This document shows, piece after piece, positions 56,458-64,000 of a stretch of 64,000 nucleotides of DNA. Source of the stretch: an uncultured delta proteobacterium (GTDB lineage Bacteria; Myxococcota_A; UBA9160; UBA4427). Within the stretch, counting starts at the first letter, position 1; every line of letters begins with the position of its first letter. The DNA is taken from positions 1,143,790 through 1,207,789 of the forward strand of contig CAWGJT010000010.1 in the NCBI GenBank assembly GCA_963822965.1. The letters run 5' to 3'. The notes below the pieces were generated by a model. That model saw only the letters and a list, made by a program, of their open reading frames with translations. It did no database searches and was not told where the DNA came from. The position numbers were made by a program, and so were the translations under genes.

Positions 56458-57462
56458 CGAGCCCGAGTGGACGGCGGCGACCGCGTCGAAGTCGAACCCC
56501 ACCGTGCCCGCCTGCCCGAGCGCGGGCCCCACGTCCTCGATGCGCACGAAGCGCGCCCAGCCGAGCCCCACGTCCTGCAGGTCGAAGGAGTCGCCGCCCG
56601 AGCCTTCGGGCACGAAGATCTCGCTCTGGGACAGCCCGACCAGGTCGGCGATCGGCGTCGTGGTGGGGATCGAGGGGTGCGGGGTCGAGGGATCCAGGGG
56701 ATCGCTCAGGGTGGGGAAGACGCCCGCGCAGCCCGGGTAGTAGGGCGGCTCGAGGGGCGCCGTGTGGCAGGCGTCGAATACGTACCAGGTGACGCCGTCC
56801 TGGCTGACGGAGACGCGCCCGGGCTCGGCGAACGGCTCGCCCGCGAAGCCCAGCACCAACGTGAGGAACGGGTTCTCGAATACCGTGAAGTCGACACCGG
56901 GCCCGTCCACGGTCACGTTGTCGATGAACTCGACCTCGATCGAGCCCCCCTCGCCCAGGCTCAACACATCGCGCCCGCCAAGGAAGAGCCCCAACCCGTG
57001 CGGCGGGCCCAAGACCACGCCGGGGTCCCCACCGGCTCCGGTCCCGGGCGTGAACACGGTGACGGCGTCCGCGTAGGGATCGCCGGCGGCGACGAACGTT
57101 CGCACGTCCTGCCACTGCTCCACCCGGGCCACCAGGTCGTTGGTGCCGGGCTGCACGAGCCCGTCCCCCCACACGTCCGGGGCGTGGGCCAGCAGGCGGC
57201 CGGGGCTGCCCTTGTCCATCACGAACGCGTCCGTGACGTCCACGCCGTTGAGCTCGACCTGGAAGGTCGAGAGGTCCGCGAAGGCCCACAGGTCGATCTC
57301 GATCCAAAGGGGCGCGTAGGTGACGTCGAGCCCGGCACGCGGCGTGAGGACGCGGATCACCGGCACGTCGCCGCAGCGCTCGGCGGTCCAGGTCACCAGC
57401 GCCACCAGCGAGACGAGGACCACGCGTGCGCGCAGCGCCAGGGTCGAGCGAGGGATCGTCAT
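56413..57462 (-). CDS. Exported/lipoprotein with BtuH-like putative cobamide-binding domain
   Basis: SLGEGGSIEVEF...DGPGVDFTVFENPF...EPGRVSVSQDG..W...GGDSFDL...FVRIED...GFDFDAV; last gene of the riboswitch operon. Confidence 0.65.
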   Translation of the reverse strand: MTIPRSTLALRARVVLVSLVALVTWTAERCGDVPVIRVLTPRAGLDVTYAPLWIEIDLWAFADLSTFQVELNGVDVTDAFVMDKGSPGRLLAHAPDVWGDGLVQPGTNDLVARVEQWQDVRTFVAAGDPYADAVTVFTPGTGAGGDPGVVLGPPHGLGLFLGGRDVLSLGEGGSIEVEFIDNVTVDGPGVDFTVFENPFLTLVLGFAGEPFAEPGRVSVSQDGVTWYVFDACHTAPLEPPYYPGCAGVFPTLSDPLDPSTPHPSIPTTTPIADLVGLSQSEIFVPEGSGGDSFDLQDVGLGWARFVRIEDVGPALGQAGTVGFDFDAVAAVHSGSPTDTNGNGVPDAAE

Positions 57463-58184
57463 GGGGTCTCCTCCAATCGGGGAACGTCGCGGGTCCGGGC
57501 CTCTTCGCGCGTGCGCGGCGGGTAGTAGACTGCGGGCGAGGCCTCGGGGCCGAAGGGATCGCCGGCCGCGCCCGTCACCACCAGGCGCGCGCCGCGCACC
57601 GAGAGCAGCAGCCGATCGACGGCGAAGGCGCCGCTCGCTTCGGATCGCATCCGCGCGACGGGCGCGGCGACCCGGGCCGCCGGGTCCAGCCGCCAGAGCA
57701 CGAGGATGCGCGGCGCGGCGGGATCGAAGCCCACGATCGCGACGGCCGGGTCGCCCGGCCGCTTGTATAGGTGGAAGACGGGCGGCGGCGGGAGTGCCTC
57801 TCGACCCGAGGCGGCGGCGGCGCCGCCGCGCTCCGGATCACCTGCAGCGCCCGGGCGCGCGAGCCCGTGCAGGGTCTGGGCTCGGGCCGTAGCCGGCCCG
57901 TCTCCCGCGTCGGCCGCCGGGCGGCTCGCCCGGCCGGCCATCTGCGGGCGCACCGCGGACGCCGCACTCTGCGCGAGCCGGGCCCGGCTCGAAGACGCCA
58001 GGGCGGGCACCCCGGTCGACGCCACCGGCAAGGCGCTAGTGGCGTTCGGCGTGGCTGGGGCGCGGAGCGGCGCCACGCCTGCGGCACCCGCGCGAATGCC
58101 CCCCTGCAGGCCCGCCACCCCCGCGACCACGACGGCCAGCGCTGCGAGGGCACCGGTCAGGGCACGTCGATGCGGACGCCGCAC
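57459..58184 (-). CDS. Hypothetical exported protein
   Basis: N-terminal TM, Ala/Pro linker and small C-domain; overlaps both neighbours in the operon. Confidence 0.55.
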   Translation of the reverse strand: MRRPHRRALTGALAALAVVVAGVAGLQGGIRAGAAGVAPLRAPATPNATSALPVASTGVPALASSSRARLAQSAASAVRPQMAGRASRPAADAGDGPATARAQTLHGLARPGAAGDPERGGAAAASGREALPPPPVFHLYKRPGDPAVAIVGFDPAAPRILVLWRLDPAARVAAPVARMRSEASGAFAVDRLLLSVRGARLVVTGAAGDPFGPEASPAVYYPPRTREEARTRDVPRLEETP

Positions 58185-59788
58185 AGCAGTCCCTCCGGCT
58201 GAGCGATGAGGAAGAAGACGTCGGGTCCCGCGTAATCGATCCCGGGGCGGCCTGGTCTGATCGCCAGCGCCGACGGTAGCCGGGGCTGCCCGGTGGTCTC
58301 GGCTCGCACCGGGAACGTCGCGGGCGACACGCTCGAGACGCGAAAGCGCGAGCGCAGCTCCGCCAGCGACGGCTCGCTGGCCAGGTCGACGTCGAGCCCG
58401 ATCAGGGTGCCGTCGCACGACTCAAGCGCGTAGGCATGACCGCCCGCATCGTCGAATGCCACGCCGGCGATCTGTCCGGGACAGCTCGCGGCGGGCGCGC
58501 CACCAGGCAGAGCGGGCAGCACCAGCGGATTGCGACCGTCGAAGATGACGGCCTCGTCCAGCACCACCGGGAGGCCGCCCGAGGCCGCTGGCGGCAGACC
58601 ATTGAGGGCGGCCAGGTCGATCGCGTAGAGCCTGCGCGCACCCACGTCGCCCAACAGGCCGACGCGCCCTGTCGGGTCGATGGCGATGCCGCCGAACGCG
58701 GGGTTGGCCTGCTCAAGCGGGATCGCCGCGATCCGCTCGAGGCCGTCGGCGTCTATCACGTCGACGGCGCCGTCGCTGAGCCGGATCGAGCCCGACTCGA
58801 TCTCGTCGGTATTCGGATCGTCGGCGCGGATGCCGATGGCGCCGGTGTCCGTCACGAGCAGTAGCCGACGCCCGCTGGCCGTCGTGTACGGCTGCACGTG
58901 AGTCGGGTTGAAGGCCCCTGTGACGATGAACGGGCGGCCGTCGGGCGTCGCCTGGGTAGGGGACACGACCACGGGGTCGCCCTGCACCTCGATGTCGTAC
59001 ACGACGACGGAACCGGGCAGGAACTGCGTGTCCTCTGCGCCCTGCCCGGCGCCGACGTTCGATGTCGCCGCGAAGAGGTGCTTCCCGGTGACGACGGCGG
59101 AGGCGGTAAAGGTCGCTGGGAAGGTACCGGGGCCATCGCACCAGTACATGGACGGCAGCACGTCCACCAACCGCGCGCCCCGCGAGTCCCTGGCGTCCGG
59201 GCCCGCGTCTATGCAGGCGCTGGTCGCAACGCCGGTCTGCTGGCGCGCCGTGCCGGGCGCCGGCAGCCCGGCGAAGGCTGCGAACCCACCTGGGTCGAAG
59301 TCGGCCGGGATCGAGACGATGGCGGTACGCAGGTCGACGCCACCCGGGTCGACAAAGATCACCGCCTCGAGTCTTCCACTCACGATCACGAGCGCCAGCG
59401 ACGGCGACACCACGGCTACCTCGCCGATGCTCTTGAACGAATCCGGCCGGCCGTCCCCGTCGGCGTCGCTCGGCAGCACGCGGTTCCGCGAGCCGTCCGG
59501 GATCTGGAACGGGACCGTCTCGACATCGAAGGGCACCAGGTTCGAGGCCGATCCGGAGGCGGCCAGCACCCGCAGCGGCGCCGCCCCACCCCCCGCCTGG
59601 GGGACGAAGTCGAAGTCCGGCGGGAAGCCGCCCACGTCGCCGAGGGGGGCGCAGCGCGGATCCATGCTGCGCTGAACGACCACCACCGAAGAGCCGCCGC
59701 CGCCGTCGCCGCCGCCGCAGCGGGACGAGGCGAGAACCGGCAGGAGCAGCAGCCCGAGCAGGGCGTGCGTGCGTTCGCGACGCCTCAC
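58157..59788 (-). CDS. Lipoprotein with beta-propeller-like C-half (B12-uptake associated)
   Basis: GTGA overlap with the btuB stop; LLLLPVLASSRC signal; repeated GIAIDPTG / GVAFDDAG blades. Confidence 0.75.
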   Translation of the reverse strand: MRRRERTHALLGLLLLPVLASSRCGGGDGGGGSSVVVVQRSMDPRCAPLGDVGGFPPDFDFVPQAGGGAAPLRVLAASGSASNLVPFDVETVPFQIPDGSRNRVLPSDADGDGRPDSFKSIGEVAVVSPSLALVIVSGRLEAVIFVDPGGVDLRTAIVSIPADFDPGGFAAFAGLPAPGTARQQTGVATSACIDAGPDARDSRGARLVDVLPSMYWCDGPGTFPATFTASAVVTGKHLFAATSNVGAGQGAEDTQFLPGSVVVYDIEVQGDPVVVSPTQATPDGRPFIVTGAFNPTHVQPYTTASGRRLLLVTDTGAIGIRADDPNTDEIESGSIRLSDGAVDVIDADGLERIAAIPLEQANPAFGGIAIDPTGRVGLLGDVGARRLYAIDLAALNGLPPAASGGLPVVLDEAVIFDGRNPLVLPALPGGAPAASCPGQIAGVAFDDAGGHAYALESCDGTLIGLDVDLASEPSLAELRSRFRVSSVSPATFPVRAETTGQPRLPSALAIRPGRPGIDYAGPDVFFLIAQPEGLLCGVRIDVP

Positions 59789-61878
59789 CAGTGTCCCTCC
59801 AGGCCGAAGGTGAGAGTGCGGCCGGGCTGCGGGAACCCGAAGCTGTCCCGGACGCTCTCGTCCGTCACGTTCGTGACCGCGACCTGCGCCAGCAACTTGC
59901 GGGGCGCGAAGCGCCAGACCGGGCGCCACAGCTGGGCCAGGTCGACCACGCCCGAGAGGTCGTAGACGTTGCGGCTGCTGAGGGCCGGCGCGTCCGAATA
60001 GCTGAGGGGGATCTTCGAGGTGTGGTGGCGCTCGGCCACCAGCTTGAAGAGCCCCGACGACGGCCCCACCTGCGCGCGCAGGGTGTACTCGTCGTCGGCC
60101 CGGCCGGGCAGCGCCGTGCCCGGCACGGAGCCGATGGGCGGGAACAGGCCCGGCACCGACGGCAGGCGCGGGCTCGCGAGCTTGGCTTGCTGGTGGGTCC
60201 AGTTGGCGGAGAGGCCGACCCAGCCGAAGATCTCGAGGCTGGCCGCGACCTCCACCCCCTGCACCGTCGCCTGGTTCGTGTTGGTGGGCGCGACAGTCGT
60301 CGGGCTCACGCGCTGGAACACGATCGAGTTGTCGATCTCCTGGTAGAAGTACGCCGTCTGCAGGCGCAGCTTCTCGATCCGCCAGATTTTCGCGAAGCCG
60401 AGCTCGACGCCGGCGTCGCCGTTCCACGCGCGCTCGGGCTCAAGGTTCGGGTTGCCGCGGATGAAGCCCTTGTCGGGGAAGTAGAGTTCGTCGAAGTCCG
60501 GCACCCGGTACGAGCGCTCGCCGTTGGCCTTGAAGCGCAGCCACGGCACCGGGTTCACGATCACCCCCACGCGCGGGATCCACTCGCTGCCGAAGTCGTC
60601 GTTGTGGTCGAAGCGCACGGCGGGCACGAGCTGCAGGCGGCCGCGCCAGACGCTGAGCTCGTCCTGCAGGGAGAACCCCTCGGTGGTGCGCTGGTGGAAG
60701 CCCGCGTCGGCGTCGGAGAGGGAGTCGTAGCGGAGGTCGAGCCCCAAGGTGGCCGTGTGATCGATCCCGAAGCCGCGCCGCTCGAGGATGCCCCGGCCAG
60801 CGAAGGCGCCCGAGCGGTTCTTCTGCCGGGTCTCGATGGGCAGGCCGATGTCGGGCTCGGGGTTGCGGAAGCGGCTCTCCTCGAACAGGTACGAGACGGT
60901 CGATTCCAGGCGCACGCCGTCGGGCAGCGGTTCCCAGCCGTCGGCCTCGGCGTGCAGGCTGGCCACGTTGCGCGTCCGGCGCTCGTGGGCCGTGGCGCTC
61001 TGTCCGCCGTCGGGCGCTTCGGGATCCACGTCGGGGCCCGGCTCGCCGCGGCTCAGGTAGTAGAGCTGGTCGGTCGCGCGCGCGCGGAGTCCCGGCGCCA
61101 GGTCGCCCGCGGCCTGCAGCAGCACGGAGTGGCTCTCCGACTCGTTGTTGATGCGCCGCAGCTCCTCGCTCGGGACCACCTGCTGCCCCGAGGCGCGCAC
61201 CTCCACCGACTGGAACTTCCAGTCGCCGTCCGTCGAGAAGCCCGTGTAGGCTACGCCGTAGTCGACGGGCCCGACGCGCCCCGACTGCGACAGGCTGCCC
61301 TCCCAGGTGCCGAAGGATCCGCCGTCGAAGGACGCCGTGGTGTGGGACCGCCCGTCGCCGCGCTTCGTCACCACGTTCACCACGCCGCCGATGGCGCCGC
61401 TGCCCGCCAGCACGCTGCCGCCACCGCGCGACACCTCGATGCGATCCACCAGCTCGATCGGCAGCGTCGAGAGATCGACGGTGCCCGACTGCGCGGTGTT
61501 GAGGCGCACCCCGTCCAGCAGCACCACCACCTGCTGTCCCGTGGAGCCCCGGATCGACACCTCGGCGGCCTGCCCGGGGCCCCCGAAGCGGCGCACCTGC
61601 ACGCCGACCGAGTCGTCGAGGAGCCCCTCGACGCTCTTGCTCTCGCCCTCGTAGTCGTCGGTCTCGATCACCGTGGCGAACGACGAGGGATCCTCGGGCA
61701 GCTCCTCGGGACGCACCGCGGTCACCCGGGCGGTGGGCAGCCGCCGTTCGGCGGGCGGCTCGTCGGCCGACGCCGAGCGGCCGACGAGGGCCAGCACGGC
61801 GCCGAGGCGCAGCGAGAAGACGAGCACGAGCTGAAAGGTCCCGACGCACGCTCCGAGGCGCGCGGGAAGCAACGGCAT
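59785..61878 (-). CDS. btuB: TonB-dependent receptor, BtuB-like cobalamin transporter
   Basis: Plug motifs SIRGS...VVLLDGV...IEVSRG...GAIGGVVNVVT; PDFDELY...GNPNLEPE; C-terminal PGRT...W; directly downstream of a cobalamin riboswitch. Confidence 0.85.
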   Translation of the reverse strand: MPLLPARLGACVGTFQLVLVFSLRLGAVLALVGRSASADEPPAERRLPTARVTAVRPEELPEDPSSFATVIETDDYEGESKSVEGLLDDSVGVQVRRFGGPGQAAEVSIRGSTGQQVVVLLDGVRLNTAQSGTVDLSTLPIELVDRIEVSRGGGSVLAGSGAIGGVVNVVTKRGDGRSHTTASFDGGSFGTWEGSLSQSGRVGPVDYGVAYTGFSTDGDWKFQSVEVRASGQQVVPSEELRRINNESESHSVLLQAAGDLAPGLRARATDQLYYLSRGEPGPDVDPEAPDGGQSATAHERRTRNVASLHAEADGWEPLPDGVRLESTVSYLFEESRFRNPEPDIGLPIETRQKNRSGAFAGRGILERRGFGIDHTATLGLDLRYDSLSDADAGFHQRTTEGFSLQDELSVWRGRLQLVPAVRFDHNDDFGSEWIPRVGVIVNPVPWLRFKANGERSYRVPDFDELYFPDKGFIRGNPNLEPERAWNGDAGVELGFAKIWRIEKLRLQTAYFYQEIDNSIVFQRVSPTTVAPTNTNQATVQGVEVAASLEIFGWVGLSANWTHQQAKLASPRLPSVPGLFPPIGSVPGTALPGRADDEYTLRAQVGPSSGLFKLVAERHHTSKIPLSYSDAPALSSRNVYDLSGVVDLAQLWRPVWRFAPRKLLAQVAVTNVTDESVRDSFGFPQPGRTLTFGLEGHW

Positions 61879-61934
61879 CGAGGGAAGGGATCCTACGCTC
61901 CGCGCTCTCGTCCCCGGAGAGTCACGAAACTGAA

Positions 61935-62112
61935 AGGAAGGCCGGTCTTCTGGCTCCTGGATCGCCCGATCGTCATGCCTTCCCAGCGCGTCGCCCTGGA
62001 ACGGGCGGCTGCCAGTGGCTCTCTACGACGATCGTCCCCAGTTACAGCGACGGGCTCGCGCCGGACTCCCACCGGCTTCCCGCGGACGCGACCCGGAGTG
62101 GGACCACCCCAA
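61935..62112 (-). ncRNA. Cobalamin (B12) riboswitch
   Basis: Minus strand has GGGAAGCCGGTG..AGTCCGGCGC.GCCCGTCGCTGTAA...GCCACTG...CTGGGAAGGC...AGCCAGAAGACCGGCC (B12-box) upstream of a TonB receptor. Confidence 0.92.
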
Positions 62113-62331
62113 CCGAGCGCTTCCGCCCCCGACGCGCGACGACCTCTCGCGGCGAGCCGGGGGACACCTTCCCAACTTCGATTGAAGGCATTCGTACCGC
62201 GGCACGGGTGCCCGAGTCAACCGGCGCGCGCTGCGGGCGGCCAGATTCGCTGTCTCGGGCACCCCGGGCGCTGCCGCCCGGGCGCTCCGCGCCCGCTGGA
62301 TGCAAGCGGGCGCGGCCGCCCGGGCCTTCGC

Positions 62332-63069
62332 TCACTTCAGCTCGGCGGCGAACAGCTTCGTGACGCGCTGCCAGGCGTCCTTTGCGGCGGCCTCGTTGTA
62401 GCTCGCGCGCTGGTCACAGTGGAAGCCGTGGTCGGCGTCGTCATAGACGACCACCTCGTTCTGCACCCCGGCGTCGGCGAGGGCCTTGCGGATGGTGTCC
62501 ACCTGGGACTGCGGGATCATCGCGTCCTGCCCGCCGAACAGACACAGGATGCGGCCCTGGATGCCCGGCGTGCGCGAGACCGTCGACGGTCCGCCGCCCG
62601 GGCCCTGGGGCGCCGCGATCCCGCCGCCGTAGAACGGAGCAGAAACCTGGATGTCCGTCGTGCACGCCGTCAGGTAGGTCATGTGGCCGCCGATGCAGAA
62701 GCCGAGCGCGCCGATGCGGTCACCGCGCACGTCGGGACGGCTGCGCAGGTACGCGAGGGTCGCCTTCGCGTCCGCGATCATCTCGTCGGCCTTCAGCTGG
62801 CCGAGCAGCTTCATCCCCGCGGCCATGCCTGCATCGTCGTAGCCGAGCTCCACGCCCGGTCCCGTGCGATGGAAGTAGTCCGGCGCGATCGCCACATAGC
62901 CCTCGCGGGCGACGCGCTCGGTCACGTCGCGAATGTGTGAATTGATCCCGAAGATCTCCATGTAGACGATCACCGCGGGCAGGCGTTCGCTGCCCACGGG
63001 CCGCGCCAGATAGCCGCCGAAGGAGCCCCCGTCCTGGGGAATCTCCACGCGTTCACTGGTGATCTCCAT
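62332..63069 (-). CDS. Dienelactone hydrolase family protein
   Basis: EIFGINSHI, GFCIGG, FYGG and ADHGF motifs; GAGGAAGG RBS. Confidence 0.92.
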   Translation of the reverse strand: MEITSERVEIPQDGGSFGGYLARPVGSERLPAVIVYMEIFGINSHIRDVTERVAREGYVAIAPDYFHRTGPGVELGYDDAGMAAGMKLLGQLKADEMIADAKATLAYLRSRPDVRGDRIGALGFCIGGHMTYLTACTTDIQVSAPFYGGGIAAPQGPGGGPSTVSRTPGIQGRILCLFGGQDAMIPQSQVDTIRKALADAGVQNEVVVYDDADHGFHCDQRASYNEAAAKDAWQRVTKLFAAELK

Positions 63070-63114
63070 GCGTCCTTCCTCCTCGCTGGTCGTTGCCGGA
63101 TCGCGTCCGCCGAG

Positions 63115-63224
63115 GCTAGCAGGCCGGCCCACCAGGGGCCGGCGTGCGCCGCAAGCGAATGCGAAGCAGTCGCCCGCTAGCAGGCCGGCCCACCAGGGGC
63201 CGGCGTGCGCCGCAAGCGAATGCG
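63115..63224. repeat. Two 49-bp direct repeats (period 61) with internal hairpin, REP-like
   Basis: GCTAGCAGGCCGGCCCACCAGGGGCCGGCGTGCGCCGCAAGCGAATGCG at 63115 and 63176. Confidence 0.85.
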
Positions 63225-63311
63225 GACAGCGCATCCGACACGAAGTTTCGGGCAGCGGTTCCGCCGCAAAACCGGGAGCCCAATGGGCTCCCTCGGCTAG
63301 CATGAGCGGCG

Positions 63312-64000
63312 ATGGAGTATCGACGGATCGGGCGCAGCGGTCTGCAGGTGAGCGAGATCGGGCTCGGCTCGTGGCTCACCCTGGGGTCCCGGGTCGACGG
63401 CCGCGGCGGCGGCGAGCTGGTGCAGCGGGCCTTCGACCTCGGGATCAACTTCTTCGACACGGCGGACGTCTACGCCAATGGCGCCGCCGAGGAGGCGCTG
63501 GGCCACGCGGTGCGCGACCTGCCCCGCCGCCACCTGGTGATCGCCACGAAGTGCTTCTTCGCCATGTCCGAGCGCGCGGGCGACGCCGGCCTCTCGCGCA
63601 AGCACGTCGTCGAGAGCGTCGAGGGGTCGCTGCGCCGGCTCCACATGGACTACCTCGACCTGCACCAGTGCCACCGTCCCGACCCGGACGTGCCGGTGGA
63701 GGAGACGGTGCGCGCCTACGAGGATCTCGTCCGGCAGGGAAAGCTGCTGTATTGGGGCGTCTCGCTGTGGAGCGGCGCGCAGATTCGCGAGGCCTGCCGG
63801 ATCGCCGACGCCACCGGCGGCTACCGGCCGATCTCGAACCAGCCGGGCTACTCGATCCTGCGTCGCGATCTCGAGGGCGAGGTGCTCCCGACCTGCGAGG
63901 AGCTGGGGGTCGGCCAGCTGGCATTCAGCCCCCTCGCCCAGGGCGCGCTCACCGGCAAGTACGCCGGCGGTCGTCGCCCGCCGGGCAGTCGGGCGAGCGA
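63312..64000 (+). CDS. Aldo/keto reductase (Kv-beta-like), partial
   Basis: MEYRRIGRSGLQVSEIGLGSWLT...FFDTADVY...IATK...DYLDLHQCH...SPLAQGALTGKY. Confidence 0.92.
   Translation, partial: MEYRRIGRSGLQVSEIGLGSWLTLGSRVDGRGGGELVQRAFDLGINFFDTADVYANGAAEEALGHAVRDLPRRHLVIATKCFFAMSERAGDAGLSRKHVVESVEGSLRRLHMDYLDLHQCHRPDPDVPVEETVRAYEDLVRQGKLLYWGVSLWSGAQIREACRIADATGGYRPISNQPGYSILRRDLEGEVLPTCEELGVGQLAFSPLAQGALTGKYAGGRRPPGSRAS

Noticed and set aside
63115..63224. Mini CRISPR array
   Set aside because: Only two units, a 12-bp spacer and no cas genes.

Overview
High-GC bacterial chromosome segment, probably Myxococcota-like (inferred from Myxococcus-type Cys-rich repeats, PEP-CTERM and CGLxxE-TM-RRR C-terminal tails). 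The first ~20 kb has many 1-bp indels, even in essential genes (ftsH, tilS), so most frameshifts there are probably assembly errors. Core genes are ftsH (partial), tilS, tRNA-Met, prmA, moxR/DUF58/transglutaminase, queE, dgt and a class V aminotransferase. The best candidate for a new system is at 5.6-19.4 kb. On the minus strand a radical SAM gene is followed by a PilZ (c-di-GMP motif) + LuxD-like acyl-ACP thioesterase + SAM-methyltransferase fusion, then a PhcS-like membrane hybrid kinase and a PhcR-like REC-GAF-kinase. This resembles a Ralstonia phc-type fatty-acid-methyl-ester quorum-sensing circuit with a different synthase. The synthase genes and the receptor's sensor domain lie in a lower-GC block whose left edge falls inside the kinase gene, like a swappable signal-specificity cassette. 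Other notable items: a cobalamin-riboswitch operon (btuB plus three exported proteins, one BtuH-like); a ~2.1 kb insert flanked by ~295 bp imperfect direct repeats that duplicate the ends of two convergent genes; a P-loop kinase-dCMP deaminase fusion; and a 966-aa nuclease-like/disordered/DHH-like protein.
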